From assembly GCA_040437565.1 (NCBI GenBank), contig JBDOQK010000053.1, forward strand, positions 124,001 to 188,000: a DNA stretch of 64,000 nucleotides, written 5' to 3'. Below the pieces are notes generated by a model. That model saw only the letters and a list, made by a program, of their open reading frames with translations. It made no database searches and had not been told where the DNA came from. This document shows positions 49,233 to 62,841 of this stretch, piece after piece; the stretch's first letter is position 1, and every line of letters starts with the position of its first letter. This DNA comes from Albugo candida. Taxonomy: Eukaryota. The translations under genes were made by a program, and so were the position numbers.

Positions 49233-50880
49233 TTAACAACGAATCGCATTCAACTTCTTTTCAACCTGTGAGAATTGATCTCTTAATCGCATAAGCCGTT
49301 CGCGCCTTTTGAGCCGCGATTTCTGCGTCGATGAGAAATCGCATGACAATAACGCTAGATGGGTGGTCTCCTCTTGTATCTCCATGCAGATATCGATCCG
49401 CTTCTGCTTCAATGTCTCCAAATCGGCTTCTACCGCTTCCATTGAGTCACAGACCTCCGAGTTTTTTTCCGGCCGGCCTCGAACCTCTGAGCGCAATCGC
49501 TCAAATTCACAAAGAAAGGATTCATCGTTGAATGTGACTTCGCTGGACTGGCTTTCTTGCATGAAACTGAGTTTTGAAGCATCGCTAACGCCTTCCTCGT
49601 CTTCCTCAACGTTATCGAAAACGATATTTCTGGCGATTTTGGGTGTCGAGTACTCATTTTCATCGTCTTGGGATGGAATAGAAGGGTCTTTTTCTTGATC
49701 GTTGAAGCGAACTTGCTTTTCATAAGAATCTTCGGGGCATATGAGGCTTCTATCGTCCACTGAAAGGTTAGAAGTTTGTATTATTTTCTCTTCTGAAAAG
49801 GCCTCTTCAGTGCTTGGAGTTGTTGTTGCAACAGACTTTGAGTTTGATGGAATCGTATTGGAATTCGGCTCCGCCTGTCGACGGGATGATCTGTAGCTCG
49901 AATCGCTTTCGGATGAAGAAAAAGTAAACGGTTGATGGAGCAGTTTCCCACGTGCATCAATGGATCTCTCCAGATTTTGTATTGTTTGAGCAAATTGAAG
50001 CTGAATCTGGTAGACTTCCTGCAGCGTTTTACTGGCCTTCGAGTCGATAGTGTTGACGGGATGTGTTCGTTTCATAGAGCAAGAGCATATGGACGGCTTG
50101 GAGACAATGTCACAGGCGGAATTCTCCATTGGATGACGATCTTTTGAGCGATTACATGTGAAAAAGCCTTGCACGGAGAAATTTTCGGGCGGCACGAACG
50201 GCTGTTTTGACTCTATTGTAGCTCTCCATTGAGTGTTTGGTGGAGGAATGCGTTTGGCATCGAATTCCTCGAAATTTTGTATCTCTTTTTTTATGAGTTC
50301 TTTTTGTTGACGCAAAGACTCAATGGCTTTTTCGACTTTATAAAAGTGACTTTGCTGAGGTATTGGAGCTGTTTGAATTGGTCTTTTGATCCATGGAGCA
50401 TTTCGTTCGCTTTCCTGGAGCGCTCGAAGATGATCGAATTCAATTCTACGGCGTGTTTTTGCGACTTTTGCTAATTCATGTAAAATCTCGGAATTGTTTG
50501 GTGAGTATGTGGTTTCAGATTGCGGCAATTGGCGACGAGGAAGCGAAGCGGATGTAGTGTCAATGTTTGCAATTGNNNNNNNNNNNNNNNNNNNNNNNNN
50601 NNNNNNNNNNNNNNNNNNNNNNNNNNNNNNNNNNNNNNNNNNNNNNNNNNNNNNNNNNNNNNNNNNNNNNNNNNNGAAGATGATCGAATTCAATTCTACG
50701 GCGTGTTTTTGCGACTTTTGCTAATTCATGTAAAATCTCGGAATTGTTTGGTGAGTATGTGGTTTCAGATTGCGGCAATTGGCGACGAGGAAGCGAAGCG
50801 GATGTAGTGTCAATGTTTGCAATTGTATGATGCAATTGCATTTGAAGCGTACGGAGTTCTTGCATGTAAATTGACAGCAT
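49233..50880 (-). CDS. Hypothetical coiled-coil / Ser-rich protein
   Basis: Long ORF. 50426-50575 is repeated after the gap (50676-50826); collapsing the overlap gives one continuous ORF from ATG 50880. Confidence 0.65.
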
Positions 50881-51015
50881 GGAAACAAATGTCAGCTTTT
50901 CATTTTCTGTCTCTATTTCGCGCCAATTTGCTACACAATTGACTTAATTGAGTGTTGACTTTATGGAGATAATATCTCTACTAACTTATGAATGCAAATA
51001 CGATTATCAAAGGCG

Positions 51016-51758
51016 TTAGCGCTTCGCTTGAAATGGTTTCACGCCAAATTGAAGGAGTGTCATTGCTCCAGCGCCTATTGCACTTGCTAACACCATCGCT
51101 TTTGGACCGGCTACAATAAAAATAACAATTCGTAAGAAAATATCCATTTGAGCCATCCGACCAATGTACCTGTTGATTTATAAAACAATCCCGTCGCTGC
51201 CGACGCCAAAATCGGTGTCACCTGATCGTATTTGACAACTCGTTCGAGTTCGATCGTATCGGCCAATTGCTCAAAACCCTTATAAATGAGTGCTACACCA
51301 CACAAATGAGCACACATGCGTACTAGTCAGTAAGTACTCGTACCTAGACAACCTAGCGCGTTGCCGGCTTTCGAGCCGCGTAATGCTGCTTGATTCATGA
51401 CGCTATTCAATCGGATTTTGAACTTTGGACTGGGCGCTTTCCGAAGACCCTGTGCAGCGCCGTATAAGCCACCACCAAATATACCAGTGAAATAAGCAGA
51501 TCCACAGGATGTCTGCACTAGTTCCATGAATGGTCGACCTGCTTTATCATACTCCAAGTAATCAGCGCCATCATCGTCGAAACCTGCGACTCCGAAAACG
51601 GGAGCTACTGTGCCGATATCAATACTTCCAGAAGGAATGGACGGAAGTAAAGGAAACTCAAAGCCACCGAATCCCGAGGAACTTGAACTCTCATCGGAAC
51701 TGCTGTTCTCTGTATCTTGCCAGGAATGTTGCGAGTCCCACGAGCGATTATTGGACAT
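51016..51758 (-). CDS. TIM23: Mitochondrial inner-membrane translocase Tim23 (Tim17/22/23 family)
   Basis: CGSAYFTGIFGGGLYG, KIRLNSVMN..RGSKAGNALG and AATGLFYKST. Two short introns; the last exon is AGPKAMVLASAIGAG...KR*. Confidence 0.88.
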
Positions 51759-51884
51759 CGGTTCTTCGATTCTTTATGTACAAACATGCAACCTTCCGTA
51801 CACATTCGGTTCGTACATGCGGTTCAATGCAAAACCGCGGTTAAATTCAAAACGTAAAGTTTTATTAACTGTTATCTTTTCGCC

Positions 51885-52936
51885 TTATGCTTTCGTGTCT
51901 GGAAGCATGTTTAGCAGCAGAGAATCGGAGCCCAAATAAACTTTGTTGGGAGATCGGGAGATTACACCGGCAATCTCTTTAGCAGCGTCAAGACGTCGAA
52001 GCTGGACAAAAGCTGGATTCTTTTTAATTGCTTCTCCGACCAATTCTGCAGATTTCGCAACACCTTGAGCGCGAATAACAGTACTTTTCTTCTCTTGAAG
52101 TGCTTTTTCAACAACGAAACGAGCTCGTTCGGCATCCTGTTGAGCTAATTTGTGCAGAGTCAATATCCCACCAATTTAATGCATTGTGCTATGCAACGTA
52201 CCGACTTGTTTGGCTTCGATAGCGGCCGTATATTCGGTCCCAAATGTGAGATGAATGATGGATACATCATCCAACATAATCGCGAATCGATCTGCTCGTT
52301 GACGCTGCACACAAAAATGAATACCTCTTCGCCAACTTTCGTCTCAAATATCGTACCAAATTCTCTGCTATCAATTTACTAACGTGCTCACGCTGAAAGA
52401 TCAATTCGGATGCTGTGAATTGTGCGACAACTTGTTTGGCGACTTCATTGACAATAGATGGAAGCACTTTTTCATCATAGTCTACAGACAAAACACAGTA
52501 ATTACACAAAATTGGGGAAAAAACAAAAAGTTGCATTCCGACCCAATCCCAAATTAGTGTAAATCCAGTGTAATCTCCCTCGATCAGGCTTCGACAAGAC
52601 TCGAATACTGATATTAATCATTTGCAAGTCTTTGGTTCCTGTAAGGGAAGCATACGTTCGTGGACGCGTACGAACATCAAAAATGATTGGTCGATTGAAC
52701 CACGGAACCAAAAAGTGAGTTCCTTGCTCCATAACTTTTTTCCCGACACCATCCAAACGGCTGTAAACAACCGCACGATGTCCTGGAGGAACGTTGTAAA
52801 CGCTTTGATACAAGCCGTACGCGGCGAGACCACCAAATGCTGCCACATTGAGTAGTACACCTGCAGGCCGCGCACTATTTGGAGGCATTTTCATAGTCTT
52901 CTTCATGTTTTCCATTGCTTGTCTTCCTTTCTCCAT
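51885..52936 (-). CDS. PHB2: Prohibitin 2
   Basis: [39 protein letters not shown] and [15 protein letters not shown]...[10 protein letters not shown], with several short introns. Confidence 0.92.
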
Positions 52937-53135
52937 GCTGGTGACTTGATTTCCAATCGTTTAGCTTTCGCGTCAAAGAAAAGGAGTACAGTGATACACG
53001 TTAATACAAGCGCTTTAGAATCCCTCTGCGTATTGGCTGTTTCGAGTATCCCTCGCCCTGATTGGCTGAAACAACTCCACTGGACCAAAAGCGTCATCAC
53101 ATTTTTTCTCGCGCAACTCTGCTTATCGATTTACA

Positions 53136-53776
53136 ATGCCTAAAGTTTCTCATCTCACTAATTACCGTAAAACGTATCGTACACCAACACGAGTGTTTGA
53201 GAAGGCCCGTCTTGATCAAGAGTTGAAACTATTGGGCGAATACGGACTTCGCTGTAAACGTGAGATTTGGAGAGTCCAATACGCACTATCAAAGCTTCGT
53301 AAAGCTGCCCGTGAATTACTAACATTGGACGCTAAGGACCCAAAGCGTCTTTTCGAAGGTGCAGCTCTGCTTCGTCGACTTAAACGATATGGTCTTTTGA
53401 CAGAAGAGGAAAATGAATTGGATTTTGTATTGCGTTTAAATGTACAAAAGCTACTAGAGCGTCGCCTACAGACCAAAGTATTCAAACAAGGACTCGCGAA
53501 ATCCATCCACCACGCCCGTGTTCTGATCAAGCAGCGTCACATTCGTGTCGGCAAGCAATTAGTCGACGTTCCTTCCTTCATGGTCCGTTTGGATTCTGAA
53601 AAACTCATCGATTTCTCCGTCACATCGCCTTATGGCCAAGGCCGACCGGTGCGTACATTCAAACAACATTCTAACAGAACAACTTATCATTTCATATCTG
53701 TTAGGGACGTGTGGCTCGCCGTCGTGCAGCTCAAAAAGCCGCTGCAGGCGCAACCCAGGAAGAAGACGACGAATAA
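53136..53776 (+). CDS. RPS9: 40S ribosomal protein S9 (uS4)
   Basis: [27 protein letters not shown] and [19 protein letters not shown]. Removing intron 53649-53704 restores GRPGRVARRR...EEDDE*. Confidence 0.97.
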
Positions 53777-53884
53777 GCAGGAAATCCATTTAGCTCTTTG
53801 TATATTCAGTCGGTCAGTGCATCGGCTGTTCCAAATGATATAAAATTGAGCGAGAAAATCAAATTTTGCAGTTTGCTTTTTGGC

Positions 53885-56874
53885 TCACTTTGACACTGGA
53901 AATTGATAACAAAGAAGGCATCCGAGCGTTTGTTGCATGGCTCCAAGCTTCCACACTTTGAGATGCTCCTCCAGACACGACCAGTGGAAGCAGTGGCCGC
54001 ATTCGTACATGCAAAAGAACGTTTGTAGAGTCGATTTCCGTGCAGGCTCCGAGATCTGTGATCCCAACGCTGCCCGTAACACTTGACGACAGATCGCGCA
54101 GATCTGTTGGGTAGTTGTCACGTGACTGCCTCGTTTCCGTACACGAACTTGTTTACGCATCAGTTCCATTCGATCGACCTGAAAGCTTTTCAGACAGTGG
54201 CAGCAAAGGTCCAACTACATAAATTGTGTGAGATATTGAGACACAATTGAAGGGATTCTACGTCACCTGAAGCTTGTAAGTTGCAAGGATCTCAATGAGC
54301 GTTTGCTTGAGATGATCTAATTCCATATCGACTGGAATCTACGCACGATTTCGTCACTATTCTCCACAATCTCACCAGAGACTTACTTTTGTAAGAAGAA
54401 GAATTGGATCCACTTGATGCTTCGCTGCAGCTTCCAGCAAAAATTGCATCATTTCCGAGCTTGAAAGACTCAGCTCGATCAGATAGTCCCATAAGCGTGC
54501 ATCCTTTTGGCTCTATGTGAACATCGTCAGGCGCATACGTATCGCTGACAGTCGACATTTTTGACCTGCACAAATTGTATCGCTTGCTGCAAATCTTGCA
54601 ATTGCGTCAAAATGAGCTCCAAAGCTTTTCGTTCTTGTCCCATTCGACTCAATAGACAGATCATTGCTTCCCATAGTGGCGGTACATGTGTCTCACACAA
54701 TCGATAGACCTAACAATATTCACAATATTTCACAATTTTCTCAAAATTTTTCCAATTAATTTTACCTTTTCCAATGAAATGAAAAAATTGCCCCGAAGAA
54801 AAGTAAGCAGCGAATCCGGTGCATATTTAACGTATAATGCGACTTGCATGTCATGTATTTGCGTATATCTCTCACAATTGTAAACAGAGCTCTGTTCCAT
54901 CCACAATTGATGCAAATATTCCAATAAAATTTTCTCCTGTGGTTCCAATTGTTTGGCTGTTTGAACGATCGGGAAATGTTCCAATTGTGTCACAAACAGC
55001 TTCACAGCGAGCGATGTGTCCAACTGAACGAGATTTGCTACTTTTGTATCCACGAGCGCCCATAATTGATGCTCGCTAATGAGCTTGAACACGTGCTCTT
55101 TGCTGAAACATAAAGTTCCCTACAGTAAAAATGTTGAGCAATGGCTTCAATTCCACATTTTCGACATACCTGTGTGAGATAAATGCGAAGCGCTTGGTCA
55201 TATTGGCCAGTAGACGAATATAATTCCGCCAACGGTTCCAAAATGCACGCTGTCTCCATACTGATGGCATCCGTATCGACTTCCAAAATACGACGCTGAC
55301 GGACCACAGCTTCCAACTCGCGAATCCATCGAAACGCATCATACAATGGCTCTTCTCGTTCCTGGAAATAAGGCGATTCCGAATCGTTTTCTTCCTTCAC
55401 ACGTTCGTATTTGGGCTTTGGCCATTTTCGTAACACTTGCACCAATTTTTCCGGATCATTTTCGAGGAAATGACGAAGAATCATTTCATATTGAGCGTTT
55501 GGAAGTCTTTCGTTCGTAAGAGTGGGAACGTATTTCGCAATGGCACTCAATTGATTTCGTTGAGCGAATATGTAGACATATTTCTCCCAAAGCGCATTAA
55601 ATTCCTTCCCATGAAATAATCGATTTATTTCGTCGGCTGCTTCTTGAAACTTTTCTTGCGTTATCAGTGCGCTGAGGTACAATTCCAACACATTTGCATA
55701 TGAATATGCAAAGTCCTTTAGAGCGTTAGGATCCTCGAGCGCCACATACACCGCTTTCCGAAAGTGTTTTCGATCCAACGCCCATTGAACTCGGTCTTTG
55801 ATTCCTCGTACACGACAAAGAATGACATCTTTTGGGGTGCACAAATACGTGACACATCCTAAAGCCGCTTCATACGCTGAAGCGATTCGTTCTTCCTGTT
55901 GTGTATCGTCCGAATGATCAAATTGCCCCTGGCAATTTCGTTTATTGGAAGTTGAAATTGTGTATCGTAAACTGCTCATTTTATAGTCTGAAGCACGCAG
56001 ACGAACGTGTCCTCGCAATGGAAGTCGTACGGAAGAAATAGACATTCCGTCGATTCCGATAATATGCATTTCGGGAAGAGGATAGTCCGTTTCCAATGTA
56101 TCGGGTTGCTTTTCTCGTGGAGGACGATAGCCCAAAACGCATAGAAATTCCTTATTCCAAGCCGAAATGCCAGCGATGAAGTAATTGAGTGAGATAACTG
56201 CAGTCACTTTACCGACCGATTTCGAGCCGTACGCTCCGGAGCATTTTCTCTGTTGATTGTCGGTGGAGGATTTCGCGCCTGAAATCGCTCCGGAGTGCGA
56301 TTGTGTGAGATCCAACGAAATAATTTTTATTGTATGAGCCCACGCTACAATTAATTGATGATCCGAGAGCCAAATTAATTGACAGCGACTTAATTCCAAT
56401 GGAGGACAGAGTTGTGGGCGCTCTACAAAGGTAATTGGCTGCTCTTGATCGACATTGTACACTTTGACACCCCAATCGTTGGCCCATGCGACCAAATTGT
56501 GTTTCCATTGAATGCATTGAATCGGTCCTTCGCCTTCGTGAATCGTCAGTTCTTTGTCCAATATCCATCCTTTACGATTGATTGAGAATTGGCCTGTGAG
56601 GCCACCACACGCGAAAATGCGTTCACGACGAAAGGAATATTTTTCTTGGAATCGGACGCAATATATTGCATTGTAATAATTATAAATATTAATTTCTCCA
56701 ATATTTGAGGATTTTGATGAAGATTGGCTTGAGGCGGTAGAGAAAGAAGAAAAGAGGGTATAAATAGCTACAGTGCCATCGTCCGAGCATGATGCGATGT
56801 GCTGTAGATGTACATATGCATTCAGACAATGTATCGGTGATTACAGGTAGTATTAAATACCTGGCCGGTCTCAT
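53885..56874 (-). CDS. VPS41: Vacuolar protein sorting 41 (HOPS subunit), multi-exon; 5' end lost in gap
   Basis: IASCSDDGTV, GEGPIQCIQWKHNLVAWANDWGVKVY, a clathrin-repeat-like region (YEMILRHFL, LWDYLIE) and a C-terminal RING-H2 (CAIC..CGHCFHWSC..CLLC). Confidence 0.9.
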
Positions 56875-57053
56875 NNNNNNNNNNNNNNNNNNNNNNNNNN
56901 NNNNNNNNNNNNNNNNNNNNNNNNNNNNNNNNNNNNNNNNNNNNNNNNNNNNNNNNNNNNNNNNNNNNNNNNNNTTATAGAAAATACAAGTAAACAAATA
57001 ATGTTGATCAAAGTAAATTACCAAGAGATATGAATTCCTGCAGTAACTCTCAT

Positions 57054-57674
57054 CTACTGTCTTGATCCCATCACACTCGAAACAGCAAATTGGCTTGCTT
57101 TGTTGGCAAATGACGGATTTGAGCTCATAAAAGAAGCAGCTTCCTGCTGACCAGTGGTGTACCCAGTTGTTGGGTCTGCGTTAGCGCTCAAAGTAGCCTT
57201 GAATTCCGGATGACGACACATCACCAGCATATTGACAAACGCGTTCATACACATCAGAATGCCTGCAATATATCCTAACGCTGAACTCATTCCGAAATCC
57301 AAAAACCCAATGAAAAATATAAAAGCCGCACGTCCTTTATACGTATACAAAAATCCGAAATTCGCGCGAATCGGTGTTTCCATTCGTGAAAGACGACATT
57401 CAAAAAGTAGGAATAAGAATCCAAACATAATAACGTAAATGGATACTAAAGTCCCAGTGATATTGAGTGTGATAAAGGAAGTGATTCCGACGAAGCCGGC
57501 GATAATTTGCACGAGAGAACAAATCACATTTCCTAAGCGCATATATCGTAAGAGTTTCGGAAGCTCCATTTTGTTCACATCGTTGATTTTCTGTAAGACG
57601 CTTTTCTTCGGCGCTTGTTCCGATTGCATTGTTCCGCTAACACTATCGATATTAACTGTTGTAGCGTTCATCAT
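57054..57674 (-). CDS. COPI-associated / TVP15-like Golgi membrane protein
   Basis: 206 aa with 3-4 TM segments and the motif FGFLFLLFE..NFGFLYTYKGRAAFIFFIG. Confidence 0.8.
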   Translation of the reverse strand: MMNATTVNIDSVSGTMQSEQAPKKSVLQKINDVNKMELPKLLRYMRLGNVICSLVQIIAGFVGITSFITLNITGTLVSIYVIMFGFLFLLFECRLSRMETPIRANFGFLYTYKGRAAFIFFIGFLDFGMSSALGYIAGILMCMNAFVNMLVMCRHPEFKATLSANADPTTGYTTGQQEAASFMSSNPSFANKASQFAVSSVMGSRQ

Positions 57675-57991
57675 TGTCCTTCACTCTGAATCGATCCGAC
57701 AGAATCACAAGAAAAATATAAAAGTGACGTGTGGGTAGTGCCTTTACTATAATATAAATATAGAAAACATATAAATAAACCAAGTGATAAGGAGAGCTAT
57801 TCTACCGTCCATTATAATGATCAGCGTTTGGTGTATACCCGGTTGTGTATACTCTGTATATCCTTTGCAATCTCTCTTTANNNNNNNNNNNNNNNNNNNN
57901 NNNNNNNNNNNNNNNNNNNNNNNNNNNNNNNNNNNNNNNNNNNNNNNNNNNNNNNNNNNNNNNNNNNNNNNNNNNNNNNNCCAACCGTATA

Positions 57992-59077
57992 TCATGATCC
58001 AGCTGTCGGTCTGACTCGAATTGTTCGGTAGCCCCAAAGTACAGCGCAAATTGCGATGAATTGAACGTAATGCAGCGGCTTGACGGTGGCTTTCAACGTG
58101 ATACATGCCGTATAGACACCATTCGAGCAAGCTAATTCATTTTCGATGCCACTGAGCGGCTTGGCGAGTGCAGAGTACACTTGTAATCCCATTCCGAACG
58201 CGGCAACTAAACTGATGGCTGCCAATAAATATTGCATTCTTCGGGCTCTATTGAGTGGTTTTTCTATTTGTATTGCCTGTACGTGACGCTGTTGTCCTTC
58301 TTCAAGGGACATGCGATCAAGCGATGCGATTGCCAATGTGATTGATAGACCTGGCTCGCGGTGCACCATTCGATCGATGTACTTTAGACGCGCACATATC
58401 CGCAAACCGTAAATGAGGAGCACAGCGGCGATGATGAATAGTATAAGTGCTGCTCCAAGATCACGGATGTGGAAAGGAAATCGCCCAAAACCTTTTGTGC
58501 CGATCAGCGTAAGGTCAAATCCAATGTGAAATACCCACACACTCATCACGATAAACTTCTCGAATATTGTGATACGACTTGCTCGTTGGGTATGCACTGA
58601 TCCTTGTGTGATGGAGATCCAAAATATCGCCGAGCTTACTCTACAAACGCCAAAATAGTTAGCAATTTGCAGTGGTACAGGAATTTGTGGAGGCACTTAC
58701 AAAATCGTGTAGATGGCAGCCGTACAAGCGTCAATCAAAATGATGCTTACGATGTGGGGTAAGATGTGTCCGTACCCTTGTGGATCTACTGATCGTCCCA
58801 GGAACGACATGGAGCAAAAAAAGCAGATGATGAATGCACGCAGTTGGAGAGCTGAACCGGCATTCTGTACAGCGATTCCGAATTTATATGCGCTTGCTGC
58901 GACACCAGTAATACCCAACAAACAATATATGAGCTGAGATGTGTGGTACTGAGGCTGATTGAATGTGGAATACGGGATGGAACAGTTGGAGCCAGTCAAA
59001 GCATATCGACATGTTGTACGCGTGATGTTGAATGGTTGCATGAGATGTACTTTTGACGTGAGTTTTAGGTTTCCCAT
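57992..59077 (-). CDS. Seven-transmembrane-like protein, paralog A (intron 58641-58700)
   Basis: Two ORFs joined by a 60-nt GT..AG intron. Shares C...G..CS.PYS.FN, GR.(V/I)DP...G, CTA.IY, TKGF.R.P and CS.NG..C..LKA...PLH.(V/L)QF with its neighbour. Confidence 0.8.
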
Positions 59078-59272
59078 CGGTAATTAGCCAACTAAATCTG
59101 TGTCACCCGACTATCTCGTCACTGGAGGGTACACTACACGCATGCCACAGGTTCGCTCCAGCTGGCACTTGGTGACGAGTTTGGTAGCGACCATCTTTTT
59201 CGAATATAAAACCAATTGAAGCTGTCTTTCAGCTGTGATCGTGGCTTTATGAATTGATTTTAAACTCTTCCA

Positions 59273-60304
59273 CTATCCAACGAAAATCTTATCCTGCGTG
59301 ATGGTGAAGGTTTTATCGAGAAGATCTGTGAGACTTTGCAGTCGAAGATATCCCCATTGAATTCCAAGAATCCCAATAAACTGAAGCACATGCAATGGTG
59401 GAATATTCGCCTTCAGATTCTTACAAGTTGCGCCATTTGTAGAGCACACCACGTAATTAATATCCGCATTTCCCTCGGGAAGAGTGACGGTCGCGAACAC
59501 TTGTAATGTGATGGTTAGAACCGAGCATGTAATGATCACATAAAAAACGCGTTTGATTTTCTGGAATCTTCCATACGGAGCTTGTGCAGGATTCTTCTCC
59601 ATGCTGGATCGATTGCTCTCAATTGTGACGATGGGATCTCTTCCGAGTGCACTCGAATTGACTGGAGTGAGATCGATCCCAAGATGCTCAATCTTATCCA
59701 TCTCGTATACGCGTTGTAGAATTTGCCAGCCGTAAATGCATATGAATATGAGTACCACTGTAGTCAGCAAGCTATCTAAAACATAGCGGTATACTTTAGG
59801 AATGCGGTAAAATCCTTTCGTGTCGAGCACAATGACATCCGAGCCCACATAATAGATCCAAATTATGAGCACCAGAACCTGTTTGACGACAAGCACTCTC
59901 CATTTCTCCTGAACTGACTGGAGTATAAGTGAACGCCAGTAGAATAACGCATCGACTAAAACCGAGTAAATGGATGCAGTGCATAATTCTGCCAGTAAAA
60001 AGTTTCCAATGCGCGGAATCATTGTTCCAAATGAGTTGGGATCAATAGCTCGTCCAAGTAGCGTCGCAGAGCAAAAAGCTGTTGCCAGATACGCGTTTTT
60101 CTCATTCTGAATGCTCTTTTTCCGAACTGCGTCAATATATCGAAAACCCGCATTCAGTATTCCAATCAGTCCGATAGAGAAATACGTCCATCGCGCCGTA
60201 TGATAGTTAAACGTGTTAAATGACGAGTATGGTCTGCTGCATTCGGGACCGATGAGACCGAAATCGCACGTTACATCTGTGACCGTTGTGATGTTTGTGC
60301 TCAT
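59273..60304 (-). CDS. Seven-transmembrane-like protein, paralog B
   Basis: Intronless ORF, likely start MSTNITT. About 7 hydrophobic segments and an N-terminal Cys pair (CDFGLIGPEC). Confidence 0.8.
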   Translation of the reverse strand: MSTNITTVTDVTCDFGLIGPECSRPYSSFNTFNYHTARWTYFSIGLIGILNAGFRYIDAVRKKSIQNEKNAYLATAFCSATLLGRAIDPNSFGTMIPRIGNFLLAELCTASIYSVLVDALFYWRSLILQSVQEKWRVLVVKQVLVLIIWIYYVGSDVIVLDTKGFYRIPKVYRYVLDSLLTTVVLIFICIYGWQILQRVYEMDKIEHLGIDLTPVNSSALGRDPIVTIESNRSSMEKNPAQAPYGRFQKIKRVFYVIITCSVLTITLQVFATVTLPEGNADINYVVCSTNGATCKNLKANIPPLHVLQFIGILGIQWGYLRLQSLTDLLDKTFTITQDKIFVG

Positions 60305-61171
60305 TGCTTTAGCGAGAAGAGTGAGTCTATAAAAGCGTAGAATTTGCTTGGTCGGATCAATTTCCCACACGAATGCTTACGCTTATACAAATGCTGTAAG
60401 AGCTTCTCACCTCCACTGAATCATTTTTGTGACGAGAAATGAGGTGGCGGGTGACGAATGATGGTAGAATGAATGTTCAACTTCAACTTTGATGTCGTGT
60501 CACCAGAAGGTGACTCGAGTGTGTCAGAAGCTACAGGGGAGAAACACATCCTCTTATGACACGTCATTTATCCNNNNNNNNNNNNNNNNNNNNNNNNNNN
60601 NNNNNNNNNNNNNNNNNNNNNNNNNNNNNNNNNNNNNNNNNNNNNNNNNNNNNNNNNNNNNNNNNNNNNNNNNTGTGACGAGAAATGAGGTGGCGGGTGA
60701 CGAATGATGGTAGAATGAATGTTCAACTTCAACTTTGATGTCGTGTCACCAGAAGGTGACTCGAGTGTGTCAGAAGCTACAGGGGAGAAACACATCCTCT
60801 TATGACACGTCATTTATCCCGTCAGGCGGACTGGCTCGATTGCACGTGTCGCATGCTAGTGCCAAACATTGGAGCCCTTTTGGACGGAATTGATTGAGCA
60901 AAGAGGTCTCTATAGTATGAAAAGAATCGCAGAGCTTATTATAGTATAGTGTAAGCTATAATGCTCGCCTTGAAGACATCGATGTGTGGCAACGAGTTGG
61001 AATGTTCCACTAAATTGCATCGTAATGAAACCACTAATTAAACTATCTGTCATATAAATAAACACGACATGCACAACCTGATCCTTAAAGTGTTGCGTTT
61101 CTTTAATTTTGAAACTCTTCGACAAACGTTCATTTCTGGACGATGGAGTGGTCCACATATCATAAAAAGCT

Positions 61172-62056
61172 ATGGACCGAGGGCAGAAATATTATGAGCC
61201 GACGGGCGAGACAACAGAATGGGAAGATATTTTGATTAAGAAAGGAATCATTGCACCAAAGACAAAAGTTGAAGAAGAGGAAAAAGATACGGAAGAGGAC
61301 GATGCGCCATCCATCTACGAGGAAAAGACGTTAGACGAGCTCACAGAATTTGATGTACAAACACTCTGATTTCTTCGCACAAATTTGCTCATATCAATTT
61401 ATAGGATGAGTACGATGATGCCTCAGAAATTGCTCGCATTCGGTAAGTGGAGAGATTGACGACCGTTTCGAACTTCTCTGTAATAAATGGTTCAGCCAAC
61501 GTCGGATTGCGGAAATGAAAGAAGCAGCCAAACGCGCAATCTTTGGCGACGTTTACCCGATTTCCAAAGATGAATGGACAAAAGAAGTGACCGAAACGAG
61601 CAAGGAGAAGCAGTGCTGGGTGATTGCGTATTTGTGGGATACAGCTGTTGATGACTGCAAACTTGCAGATCAGTTGGTTCGTGAACTAAGTAAAAGACAT
61701 CGAGACGTCAAGTTTGTCAGCATTCAATCTCAAGTATGCATCGAAAATTGGCCGACACGGTACGTCACAAAAGCACACGCTTATATTTTGCTCAGCGTCC
61801 TTACAACTCACTATATAGCAACCTGCCCACTTTGTTTATGTATTATGGTGGGACGTTACGTGATCAAATATTGTCGTTGCATAAACTGAAAGGAAAGAAC
61901 ACAAAGGTGGAAGGTACGTGCAGAATTATCACTTTATAGTCTATGGACTCATTCCTGTTTATAGATTTGGAAGAAAAGCTTTCGAGTATCGGCGTATTTC
62001 GCGCACCAAAGCCAGCCACGCTTGCGGATAATACCGAAGAAGATGACGAGGAATAA
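61172..62056 (+). CDS. PDCL3: Phosducin-like protein (PDCL3/Plp2 type), multi-exon
   Basis: TTEWEDILIKKGII, FGDVYPISKDEWTKEVT, DVKFVSI..CIENWP..NLPTLF and an acidic C-terminus; short GT..AG introns. Confidence 0.88.
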
Positions 62057-62258
62057 ATGTTTGATCATTAAAACAAAGCGTGCATCATTGAAGACAACAC
62101 AATGCTTTGAAGCTGTTCTAAAGTGTAGGACCATCTACTTGGCTGTAATTGATCATAAATCCACTCATTCAAATCCGATCATTACGGTGATTAGAAGAGA
62201 AGTCGACTTTTGTATTGTATCATGACTAGTCCACTATGCAACCAAGTCCACCTTTGTG

Positions 62259-62708
62259 TCAATACAGATAACGTCGTGCAAGTGTCTTTACGCGGGCATC
62301 AAATATCTCCGATGCAATCTTTGTGTCATATTCGTAAAATGGATTCATCAGCAGCTATAATTGCATAGAGCCATTTCCTCAAATTTTTACGTAAGAACTG
62401 ATGTGGCGTACCTTCAAATAAAGCTCGTAGAGCTCGAGGAAAAAGCTTTTGATAGCGTCATCATTGCGCGAATCATGCAACAGTAGGAATTTTAGATTTG
62501 TCGCTGTCACGAACGCTGAAACGTATTGATCATTGAACGTATCGACTACTTTTAAAGCCATTGCTGAAGTCGTCCAAGTCATTTCATCAACCACATCCAA
62601 CGCTGAGTGTATTAGGAATTCATTCACGTGCGCGTTTTCTTCCTTGCGATTTTTAAATTCGACCTTGTACAGCGGTTCTTTGGTCCCTACAAGCATTAGC
62701 ACCGACAT
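62259..62708 (-). CDS. TRAPPC2: TRAPP complex subunit 2 (sedlin/Trs20)
   Basis: FLIHSALDVVDE, LKVVDTFNDQYVSAFVTA and IKSFFLELYELYLK, then an intron and LLMNPFYE..FDARVKTLARRYLY*. Confidence 0.92.
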
Positions 62709-62841
62709 GATGTAATGTGTTGTCGAGTNNNNNNNNNNNNNNNNNNNNNNNNNNNNNNNNNNNNNNNNNNNNNNNNNNNNNNNNNNNNNNNNNNNNNNNN
62801 NNNNNNNNNNNNNNNNNNNNNNNNNNNNCTAGGCAAAACTA

